The notes under the pieces: model-generated
What the model was told of the DNA's origin: nothing
Seen by the model: only the letters and a program-made list of their open reading frames with translations
The model's database searches: none
Position numbers and translations under genes: made by a program
Assembly (NCBI GenBank): GCA_963514005.1
Contig: OY740821.1
Coordinates: forward strand, 13,454,001 to 13,518,000
Direction of reading: 5' to 3'
Origin: Raja brachyura
Taxonomy: Eukaryota
DNA length: 64,000 nucleotides
Shown: positions 23,556 through 35,136 of the stretch, one piece after another
How positions within the stretch are numbered: the stretch's first letter is position 1
Layout: every line of letters starts with the position of its first letter

Positions 23556-24309
23556 AATCGTCAACTTTTATACAGAACATACAGCTCTATGCTCCATATG
23601 GGGAGGGCAACCAGCCTTTGACACATTTATCATGGACAACCACAACCGTTGCCCCATGAGATTGTCCAACTGATCACCTGCTCCTCGTTTAACTACTTTA
23701 TGAGCAGTTTTGCAATTATGTTTATCCTGCATCTTATATCCCATCGTGGGCTAAAGGTCAAACTGCACATGTGCCCTTTCTGCACTCTAGACTATGCCTA
23801 CGTCTCCCTGTTGCGTTAACCCATTCAATGTATGTTTACATGAGCCAGCATGTCACTTTTTGAAGCTCTTCAAACATTCCACATCGGCGCAGATTGCTTG
23901 GGCAACAGTGTTTGTTTCCTCAGCTCTCCTGTTGTCTACTTTATTTTTTTTACCATAAAATACATCTTAAGGTATAAGTTTTTCAGAGTTATCGAGCCCC
24001 ATTCAAGCCTCCAAAATTGGATTCTAGAATCACAACCCAAGTCAAAGCAGAGATCGCTTCATGGTGATTAAGAGATAAAGTGTAACGGCAGAGAACTGAC
24101 TAAGCACCATCAATAAATAGGATACATTTATCTGATAATGCTTTGCATGTTCTGCTCAATTACTATGCGAGAAAGATCAGATTCAAAAGTTGATGCCTTC
24201 AGGGCAGGATGTCTCAACTAAGCACAGTCTCCACAGTGCTGGAATTGTTAACCATCCTCCGAGGTAAATGGTAAAGCAGGAAATGTTACTTTTCAGTGTG
24301 CAGAGAGAG

Positions 24310-24690
24310 AGGGAGAGAGGGAGAGAGGGAGGGAATGCCGGGGCTACCTGAAGTGCGAGAAACCAATATTCATACCACCGCACTGTAAGCTGCCCAAGGG
24401 AAAGACCAGCCCACTGGCATGAATATTGATTTCTCGCACTTCAGGTAACCCCAACATTCCCTCACCCTCCCACCCAAGTCGCACCAGCTTCTAGTTTTTA
24501 CCCAACAAACAACTAACACGGGCCCGTTTCCTTTATCATCCTTACTGTTGTGCATATCTTTCATTCATTGTTCTTTATCTCTCCACATCATCTATATCTC
24601 TCATTTAACTTATCCCTAACCAGTCTGAAGAAGGGTCTCGACCCAAAACGTCATCCATTCCTTCTCTCCAGAGATGCGGTCTGTCCCACA
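24310..24690 (+). mobile_element. Penelope-like element 3' end (ORF C-terminus plus terminal repeat) with an inverted partial copy
   Basis: QPTGMNIDFSHFR* on + and LGSLQCGGMNIGFSHFR* on -, back to back, followed by a C/T-rich UTR and CTGAAGAAGGGTCTCGACCCAAAACGTC. Confidence 0.75.
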
Positions 24691-26088
24691 ATGTTACTTT
24701 CAGTGCCTGGATTTCAAATGTACGTTATTGTTAAAAAATAAATTCAAGAATAGGTTTGTCAAGCAAGTTTTGCCACTCCACAATCAATCTTTCAAAGGTA
24801 GTTATACTCCAGTTTTTTCATTGATTGCCATTGTTCAGTGAATTCCATCCTTCAGTGGTTCTTGCCCATGTCTGAAGCCCACAATGTTTCATAATTCAGT
24901 CTTGGTAATGTAGTTCATACTCTGCAATGCAAAGTAACCATATTTTTCTACTCCAGATTCAACATGGAAAGTATAGCAATCCAAAAATGAATATTGTCAT
25001 AACATTCTCTTCTGATAGTCACTTCAAGGTCCTGACATCCTTCCTGAATGATATGCACCAAATTGGTGGGAAGGAACTGCAGGTGCTCATTTACATCAAA
25101 GAGACAAAATGCAGGAGCAACTCAGCAGGACAGGCAGCATCTCTGAATAGAAGGAATGAGAATGAGAGAAGGGTCTCGATCCGAAACATCACCTATTCCT
25201 TCTATCCAGAGATGCTGCCTGTCCCACTGAGTTACTCTAACATTTTGTGTCTATGCACCAAATCGGACTCCACTCCAGCTGAACCAGCAATATTTTTGTC
25301 GAAGATCAGCATAACATCCTTGCTTTTGTACTCTACCCTTCCATGTACAAAGTAAAGGATACTTAAAAAAAACCCATCAACTAAAACTACTTAAAGACTG
25401 AACCCACAAGGTACACATTGTACCTCTCATAATTGTATCATATAGTTCATAGTGAGGTGAATCAAGGTAGCTTGGCTCAGCCTCTGTCAAGTGCGCAAGT
25501 CCCAGACCTGCAACAGCCAGATCTAGGAAAGGAGGCTCGAACATTAGATTTGAATGAGAATTCTCAGCAACGAGCAAGGTAATCTCATCATTTATTTAAC
25601 TCATTGTTTTAATTGATTGAAATATTGTTTTAATGTTCACTTTAAAAAATGAAAGCAATTAGGTTAAATGTCCTCAAATATAAGACATTTGAAGATTCTT
25701 ATGAAAAGCTGTAACAGGAGGGGAGGTTGTGTCCCAACTGTGGCTCCTGTCAAAGGCCGCCAGTGTTATCAGGATACACTGCCTGAGGCTTACACTGCCA
25801 AGGCCCCTCTTATCTCCCAGCTTATGGGGGCAGCATGTGTCACCTTGTGGGGTCCTCCACATCTGGCAAGGGGGAAGGCTACAAGTAAAAATCCAGTTTA
25901 ATTTGCTTTATTGATTCGTCCAAATTTCATCCCTTCTATCTATTAAATTGCATTCAACATGACAGTGAATGACATGACAAGATTAACAATGAAAGTCACC
26001 TCAAGTTCCCTCTCCCCAGCTCCGAAACTGGTATTGAATATTGAGGAAAGAACCACAGTTGTATAACGATAGTTTAGAATACAGCTTC

Positions 26089-26094
26089 TTTATT
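26089..26094 (-). terminator. Probable SPATS2 distal polyadenylation signal
   Basis: TTTATT on + (AATAAA on -) about 2.1 kb past the stop, with GT-rich sequence downstream on -; a proximal alternative lies at 27830-27835. Confidence 0.5.
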
Positions 26095-28200
26095 CATCAA
26101 CTAAATTTTAAATACATGACATATGTCAAAAAGAGACTGGCACTAAGAGGGAGCAGCAATTCTGCTGCCTGAAATGCAGCCATAATGTACCAGCATGCCA
26201 TCAATTGGAAGATTCAAATTCAAACATGCAAATTGGAATCAGTTGTATTTTAATTATTCCCACTGAGCACCAACTTATCTTTCAATTATTGGTCAGGTCC
26301 TGGGCTAACAACATTACATTGCTGAAATACCAGAAACAAAATGTTCCCATTGAATCTGTGACATGATCCCTTGCCTCAACATCAAATGGAGGGGTTAATC
26401 ACAATAATCACACTTCAGCGAGCCGATTCGCACTTCACAACAGCTTCCACCCAGGGCACTAAAAGTGAACATGGATGAAATCTTCAGCAAAATAAATGAT
26501 ACTTGATTCTTTGGAGAATGAAAGGGAAATGGGGTTTGGCACCAAGGCTTAAGGAGTAATCCAAGTGGTTTATCTATGAACCTGAAAGGCTGTCTAGCCT
26601 CTCGTCATTTTTTTTTTGTAATGATCTGAACAACAGAAAAGTATACAAAGCAAAGGCTGGGAGCATTTGATACAAACTAAATTTGAAAACATAAAAACTG
26701 TCAATATTCAAAAATCAGCATTACTAGTCTGAAGAAACAACAAAAAGACACCAACTCAATTTGGAAGACACTGCATTTTAACATAGTTCTTGATTTAAAG
26801 GCTCTAGTTGATCTGTGCACTTCATTTTACAACCACAATTATAGAATCAGCATTACAGGCATACAATGGACAGAGTCCTAATCGCCATTCATGACTAAAA
26901 TGAAGCAGATCATAGCGATCAAGCCAAAATGTGTGTGTTACTTCACCTGTTTGAATCGGGTTTTAAGCAGAACAAAAATTCTACAGATGAAATCTGATTA
27001 GTGCATGCTCCAAGTCCACCCATTCACAAGGCTGATTACAGATGTTTCCAATTTGTTATTTTTGGGTTTGGAATTCAAACTTCTGTTGAGATGATGTCAC
27101 CTGTGATCAGATTCCCCTCTCACCTGGGACTTAGTGGATCAAGGGCATGTTGAGACCTGCAGCAGATTATTCTCCAAAGGTTGTGTGTTAAACATTTAGC
27201 AGCACCACACACTCCTGCTACCTTGACAGTACACTTTAGAAGGAAATTGTGGATCACTTTGGATGCACAGTGGCAAAAGTGGGTTTACTCTATTCGGAGC
27301 CAAGTGAATGTCTATTCCTATGCAGAAACACCATGCAGCCAATACAAGTTAATTCAACAGCACAGATACAACTAAAACTTTCTATCATTCTTTTGTGTTC
27401 ACCCATTTTCAATAGCAGTGGAAAGTATGCTTGGCTTCACATCTACACCACACTTGCAGGATATAATTTGAAGTCATGGCTGGAACTGTCCCCAAAAGAT
27501 GGAAGTTCCCTCATTGTGCCACACTCTGCTTCATGGCCCAGAATTCAGCTTTTGACTACAACGTCACTGTAAATGGAAATCAGTTTACATCTGTCTATCG
27601 TCAAGAGTGGATCCTGATGTGAAGAGGAAGCAATGCTGATCTGGCATCCTGTGGCATGTTGTCTCCAGCACATAAAATACACACTTGAGAATGTTCACTA
27701 AACAGTTCTATCCAAATACATGGCCATTATCAGAAATTAAGGTAAAACAATCACGTGCCCTGCTACAATTCATCAGCAATCTCTAGTAGACCCAATGGCA
27801 GCAAAGTTTGAAGTTCTTTGGTCCCTTATTTTATTTTCTAAGTGTAGTCTAAAAAAAAACTAAGTGGTTGTGACATATTAAAGATCCAAGGCACTTTCAT
27901 TCTGAACAGAGAGGTGCATAGTGATTTCTGCTAACTGATTTAGCCATGACAGATTAAGCAACAATGTTTAAAGAACGTATCTTGGGTACAGCTAAGTGCT
28001 GCTCCCTCTTCCAGAAGAGATTAACAACATAGAGACACTATCAATTTAAAAAAAAAGAACATTTGGAAAGGTTAATCCAGAAATTAAAAAAAGGTAATTG
28101 GACAAATCAAAGGTGGCAAAAACAAAGTGAATGTAAACTCATTTTGGGGCTTAATCACATCTAGCTGGATGGCGTTGTTGTTGCTGGATGTCAGAATTTT

Positions 28201-28512
28201 TCAGGAGTTGACAGGAGCTTCATTTCCATCTGATCTTGGCCTACGTTGAGGAAGGGCATTGGCAGGAGCAGAAAGTAAAGGGGGCTGCCTGGAGGCAGAA
28301 GCTGTAGCTGTGCCATTGGGAGCAGTAGAATGCACTTGGGTCTTCTCGGTGGCAAAGCTCTGAGGTGTGGGATGAGGGTTGCCGTGAGTTTTGGAGTAAT
28401 TCCTGGGTCCATTGCGGTACCGATTCCTATCATCATTTCTTCCAAACTGGCTTTGGCCACTTATCCCATTCTCTCGAGATCGATAACCCGATCTCCTGTT
28501 ACCTTGGGGCAC
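28201..28512 (-). CDS. SPATS2: SPATS2 last coding exon
   Basis: VPQGNRRSGYR...NALPQRRPRSDGNEAPVNS* (human ends GLPQRKPRTSQTEAVNS); TAG acceptor. Confidence 0.93.
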   Translation of the reverse strand: MPQGNRRSGYRSRENGISGQSQFGRNDDRNRYRNGPRNYSKTHGNPHPTPQSFATEKTQVHSTAPNGTATASASRQPPLLSAPANALPQRRPRSDGNEAPVNS

Positions 28513-29628
28513 CTATTTAAGAGAAAACACCTTAATTAATAGATACGCTTTATATTTTATCCTTTCTAATAGCCTCACTGGAATCACCTCGTTTTTACTG
28601 TCATATTCAATTCCGCCCAGATACGTCCTTGGATAGTAATGTCTAGCCAATTGTGAAATATACTTTCAGCAAGCCTGGACCCCAGATTGCATTGGGATGG
28701 GAAGCAGTAATGGACAACAGGGTTTTTGGATTCAGTGTAGTATAAAGATTATAACCTCGAGATTCCACTTATACCAGGTGAACTCCACATGGTTATTCCT
28801 TATCCATGTAAAACTTCAAGATACACTTCCAATCCTGGAATGAAGTCCACTAACCTGCTGCTCTTCAACTAGCTGCCTATGCTGTAAACCCAAAGATAAC
28901 AATAACTTGCATTTATGAAGTCTCCAATGTGTATAAATGCTGAAGTGCTTTCGTGGTATACCAGAAATTAATGGTTGCGTAAAATAAGTGCTTTTAAATT
29001 TCAATTTTTGGGCCTGTTTTGCTTTTAGTCCAGAGCCTCGATTTTATTAGTGAGGTTGGTCGAATGTATCTGAATATTCTCCCAGCTGATTATTAGTTAT
29101 CATAAATAATCTACATGTTTGGATGAATTTGTGGTGAACATGAACAATAAATTGTTATTACCCAAGTCTGTGTTTTGTAGGCCTTGGTGGTTTGAAAGAG
29201 TCCTTTTTGCATTCCTTGATTTTGTACTTACAGATAATGCTCTCAAAACAATATTGTTCACAATGGCAGGAATTCAACATCTCCCTTGTTCTAAACCGTA
29301 CCAAGACGAAGGCCAATATGTACTTTCCTCACGTTCTTTGAATTTACCACTAGGAGACCAATGAAGGTGGTTGAAATTTGCTTTACCTTTTCAGAAAGCA
29401 AATCCCTTCAGCTCGATGCTCTCTTCGACACAAGTTTGAAATGACTAAATCAAGAGCTGACAACCACACACCAATTTACCCGTCGACTCACAAGTGATTT
29501 TTATTCACAGTCGTGCACTAATTAAAATCTATAGAAATACGTTAAACTACATTTTCTTTGATGGTGGAATCGGTTCGACGGGATGGGGTAAAAAAAAAAC
29601 ATTGGAAGACAACACTAGTAGCACATAC

Positions 29629-29840
29629 CGATCGGTTTGATTGGAAAGTTCGGTTTCCAGAGTTTGTTGTGGCAGTGGAAACATCTGAAGACTGGCTCTT
29701 CTTTCCTGGCTTAGGAAAGGAAGGGTCTGTTGCACAGTCAGGAGTAGTTGGCGCTGATGCATCGCTCCGGGTTGTCACCGACATGGATGACACAGAGCCA
29801 CACCTTGATCTGGCAGAGTAATTGTTCCTGGGATGAGACA
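29629..29840 (-). CDS. SPATS2: SPATS2 coding exon
   Basis: (V)SHPRNNYSARSRCGSVSSMS...GNRTFQSNRS; ttttatag acceptor, GTATGT donor. Confidence 0.94.
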
Positions 29841-31129
29841 CTATAAAACACAACATATATTGGAAAATCAGAACAATTAATATTTAGTAAAAAGTCTTGA
29901 GATAACTTATCCACTGGACATCCAAACAAGAGGTCCATCCACATTTACCAGCTGTCCACAACATGCCGGCCCTTAAGTACTGTTTCCTGCCCAAACACCT
30001 CTCTCTTTTGTCTTTGATCCTAAATAACCTAAATTCCCCCCCACTCAATCCTAGAAATACTTTGAGGACCCTCATAAGTAGCTGTGCTGGAGGGGAGATG
30101 AGAGGGGGGGGGGGGGGGGGGGGGGAGAAAGTTTTTGCCCAGAGCATGGTTGGTTCTGAAGTGCACTGCACAAAAAGATTGAGGGATATGGGCCAACCGC
30201 AGGCAGGTGGGACTAGTGTAGATGGGGCATGTTGGTCGGCAGGGGAAAGTTGGACTGAAGGGCTTGTTTTCACGCTGTATAACTCTGAATAAAGCAGCAG
30301 AAACCCTCAATACGTTTAATGAGCCTTTGGATGTGCACTCGAAAACAAATCTGTCATACAATACTAATAACTCATCCTCTTCCTTCAGGTAAATGGTGGC
30401 AGTGAAACAAATTCCCTCTCCTAAATCAGTTTATAAAAGTCTTAAGGAAATGTTACTATCAAAGTTTCCATCTGACTGGCCCCCAAGGCACCAAATGTTC
30501 ACTGCAAGCATCCACTGCAGAAAGGCCAGTGATCTGAAGCACTCATTGCTTTGCTCTCCATGCATAATACCTGACCTGCTGGGGATTCCAGCATTAGTCT
30601 GATCCTTACTGTAGATTTTTGAGCACCTGCAGTATTTAATTTTATAGACAATAGGTGCAGGAGTAGGCCATTTGGCCCTTCGAGCCAGCACTGCCATTCA
30701 CTGTGATCATGGCTGATCATCCACAATCAGTAGCCCGTTCCTGCCTTCTCCCCATATCCCCTGACGTCGCTATCTTTTATTTTATTATGCCATTAGCATA
30801 ATCAAGGACGAGTCTCATCCTGGTCACTTCCTCTCCGTCCCTTCTCCACTCCACCTTGCACTAAATGTTATTCCCTTAATCCTGTATCTGTACACTGCGG
30901 ACGGCTTGATATCATCAATCATGAATAGTCTTTTCACGGAATGTATAGCACACAACAAAAAAAGCTTTTCCCTGTACTTCAGTACACATGACAAACTAAA
31001 CTACTTATTTATGAAAGTACCATTTTTATGCAAAGATGACCCAACCTGACAAAAAAAAAAATTATACTGCTTTTGGATTCAAAAAATGTAATTGGTCTTT
31101 TACTAGTCTTTTTTATTTTTTTGTACAGC

Positions 31130-32330
31130 TGTGAAATTATATCCACAGGCAAATAGCCAGCGAGCCTGATACTCAAATGTCAACTAGTGGTGATGCTGAC
31201 ATCAGTGTTATGGGCACTTATTGCTGATTAAATACAACAGTGCAGCATTGACGCGTTTGTCCTGTAGTCCTCGAGGCCACCGAAATATGCTCTACAAACG
31301 CACATGCTTATTCACACTCAACAGCGTGTTCGGGTGCCTTGCGGTTTGTGAATAAAAATCAATTCGCATTTTTCTAAATCGCACCTTTTCATAGCCTCAA
31401 AATATTACAAAATACTGGGCATGAATCAACAACGGTAACCTGCATGTTACACAGGCACGCATTGGAGGACCCCACTAACAGCAGTGAGACCAATGCCTTT
31501 GTTGGCGTTTGGTGGGAACACTGGTTTGGACTCAAGAGCATATTTAACTCTTCAGATAACACTATTGCATCTTCTCCATTTACACGAGCTGACAATGGAG
31601 ATGTCTGCACATGCGTTTGTTGCTGCCGGCTCCCAACAATGTAACACTCTTCCACAGAAGTGTCAGTGAATATTACAAACCCAGGTCCTTTTGACTCTGC
31701 TCTGCTCGAGAGCCACTGCTAAATCGAAGGTAATACAACATTTTAATAGCCATCTTAGGTTTATGTCATTCTTCCGAATACTGGAACCTCAGTTTCAGAT
31801 CCCGTCTAATATTTGATTTGATTCCTCAACGGTCCGATGGATTTACTTTCCATGAAGCAAGACGGTAATGCTTTCATACTTTTTTTCTTCTTCTACAGCA
31901 GCTGTTTTGTGTCGGGTTACATTTGCAGTGTGGGAATCTCACTGTTTGCTTGCTAGTCTCACCCCCAGATCAAATTTTTGAGAGCAGATGTGTGCGAGAC
32001 TTAGTGAACAGATTGATAACAGTACGTGGCAAGTTTAACTGTGAATTTTTCATTCTACTTTATTTTCGGCAGTCCATAAATAAATAAACTTGGCCGTGGA
32101 GAAGTCTTCCTGCAACGAAGTAAAATAATTAAGCGAACCTTGATGTCCAACCAACAGCCTGGCAATTCACAAAGGTAACATTTCTACACACTGAAAATGT
32201 AAACATTTGTTCAGCCTGTAATAAAATCAGCGTAGGTTTGCGTATCCAACATTTCTTATTTACTGCAAAACGTTGCGCAGATCTTTGCGTGCGGAATTTG
32301 TGCGCAGCTGTGCGACCGTGGCTTTCTCTG
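31130..32330 (+). mobile_element. hAT (Charlie-like) transposase fossil
   Basis: CMLHRHAL (hAT CxxH motif) near 31441; LHELTMEM..GSQ and an FH.EV-like remnant downstream; many stops and frameshifts. Confidence 0.55.
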
Positions 32331-34202
32331 CCGGCTCAAGGTACAATTGCACGTTGCCAAATAATTGCTTCACATCCATATGGGAGATGTGCGGCAGATA
32401 TTGTTCATGTAAATCACACAAGTGTGAAACAAAAGCCAAAATGCAGAAATAAGGAGTGAGGAAAGAAAGGCCAGACCCCTGGAGAACCATTCTCGGGCCA
32501 ACCGATTCACCTCGCGACTGAAGCAGCTGAGTCAAGAAAGTCTGAAGACAGGGGAGAAATCGCTCTCCTCACTGCTTTCGTTTCAAGATGTGACATGTAT
32601 AACAGATGCTTTGGTGGCCTGCAGAGTGAGATTTATAGTGAAGTTGCAAACTTACTCTCATGAGGAATCCGTGGGAAGTGCTGTGGTTTTACACAAGATT
32701 GTGGAATGCACACACTGGAGAGAACTTCTAAGTCTTTCAACCTAGTTTCCCATGAAGCTGGAGCTATGAAAGTACACAGCCAAATCCTGGACCTTACCCA
32801 GGGTGCATCTGATATATTCATATCAAAGCTGAGGAGCCATTCATTGAACAAAACTCTCATCGTCTTCAAGTGCTTTGAACATGCGGTTGCCTCAAATTCA
32901 AGCCCACTCCAAGTTTTTACGCCTCCACTTAGCGTTCTGCCGCTTCCACTGAAATAGCTCGGAGTCACTTGGCATCTTCTGCATCTGTGACACTGGCAAT
33001 ATCACACTTTGCTCTTATCAACCCATCCACAGCCATGAATAAAGATGACCACAACATCCTCCTCCACCCTTCCCCTGCCATCCAACTAGTTGGCCCACAC
33101 TTGACTGCTTTCATTCTCATCCATTAACTCACCCACAATAGCTTCTCTTCCGATGCCCTCTGGTGTTACCCCAGACATCCATCCTTGGCCTGCTCCTATT
33201 CCTCATCAACATCATTAGCAACTCAGCATCAGAACACCACACACAATTCCATTTCATAACCCAATCTCATAACATCCACTTATTGCTTCCATGAATGTTA
33301 CATCCTTCATGTCCTTCGATAATTTTATATTCCCAAGCCTGAAGCCCATCAAAGTTCAATGACTACATCATACATCGTGCTATGCTGCATTGATGTTCCG
33401 ACATGATCAAATATAACTAATAATAATTAAATTATTATTATTACACGTATCTGTATCCGTTCCAGGAGTGCTTTGTCACTCAAGAAAACCTCAAGCCAAG
33501 TGTCTTGCAGCAAATGACCACACACACACGATTTATTAAGCACCATGCAGGATGGAAAGGAGGAGAAGCCTAGAGACTGAAAATTTGAGTTCAGGGATTT
33601 GGAAACTTGAGAACATGTTATCACATTTGAGGCAGTTAAATGGTGGTGATAGGAGACCATGGAGAGATAGGAAGACATGAGAATTTAAACCTGCTTCTGG
33701 TTAAGGAAAGCCCCACTGTGGTTCACTGGGGTGATGGATGAATGGGACTTGACACACTACAATGGCGTTTTGGATGATCTCAAGCTAAAGGGTAGAATGA
33801 AAGCAAGGAATGCATTGGAAAACTGAATCTTATAAGGAAACAAAGGCATGAATGACAATTCCACCAGTAGTTAGGCTGAGACCTAGGCATTATTGATTAC
33901 ATCTCAAAACTCGAGCATAGAGATGGTATGGATATGGAGTCTCAAACTTGTGGGTAAATATGACACAAAGTTTTCAATCAGAATCATTTAATCTCAAACA
34001 TTTGGCAAAGAGGGGGCTGAAGAGTTTACCAGGGAAGAGTTTGTGGGAGGAAAATTAAGAAAATTACTTCATTCTTTCCAATGTCAAGTTAGAGGATATC
34101 GTTATTCACCCGGTACTGAATGCCGGACAAGAAGTCTGATCATTTAGGGACAGTGAAGGGATATAATTGTTATTATTCAAGAGAAGTCAGGAGAATTCAC
34201 CA

Positions 34203-34480
34203 AGCGGCACAGCGGTAGAGTTACTGCCTTACAGCGCCAGAGACTCGGGTTCGATCCCGACTACAGGTGCTATCTGTATGGAGTTCATACGTTCTACGAG
34301 CTTTTCGGTACCTCCCACACTCCAAAGTACAGGCTTGTAGGTTAATTGGCTTGGGTTTGTATACTTGGTATAAGTATAAATTGTCCCTAGTGTGTGTAGG
34401 CTTGTGTTAATGTGCGGGGATCGCTGGTCAGTGCAGACTCGGTGGGCCGAAGGCCCTGTTTCCACGCTGTATCTCTTAAA
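34203..34480 (+). mobile_element. tRNA-derived V-SINE inserted in an old L2-like fragment
   Basis: Same family as 15565. Confidence 0.8.
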
Positions 34481-35033
34481 AGAAAAGTAGTGCTGAGTTA
34501 AGCAAGGGTTGTCAGCATGTATGTGGAAACCGAGTAGCAGCATGTAGCTGAAAAAATGGAAGGAAGTTGGGATCAAACCATGGGGAATACCAGAGGTAGA
34601 GGTGCATGTCTGGGAATAGTTGCATTCTGGTGATTCTCCAGCTATGACAGATAAGAAAGCAACCAGGTGAGTGTCCCACCCAAAGAAACGGCCGCACAGA
34701 AGCTTCAAAAGATAGCGTGCTCAACCACAATGGATGAAGACAGGTCGAGAATCTCAAAGGATATCAAAATCATACAAGACCATCAGATTCTTTGGTAAAT
34801 CCATAATTACCAAACTGTTGGCATCTCAAACAGAAGTGGCAGCAATTCATCCTCAGTGAAAATAGAGTACAAACCCGTTCCCACTCTGACGCTCGCAACC
34901 GGTTCCAATGACTTGTTCCAGTCTGCAGCACAAACTATTGAGATTAGAAATGCCCGGTGCCCACTTGTAAGGTAGATGCAAATATCAAACAGGTTTTAAT
35001 AACAAGATGTTACGTTACCAAGCCTCAGCTTAC

Positions 35034-35136
35034 CTTGTCCAAAGGCTTGGATACTCGCTTTCAGTTCCTCCACATCACAGGTAAACTGTGCGCATCGGCC
35101 CAGGTCTTCATCATATTTCCGTTCACTAACAAAGTG
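35034..35136 (-). CDS. SPATS2: SPATS2 coding exon
   Basis: HFVSERKYDEDLGRCAQFTCDVEELKASIQAFGQ; TAG acceptor, GTAAGC donor. Confidence 0.96.
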
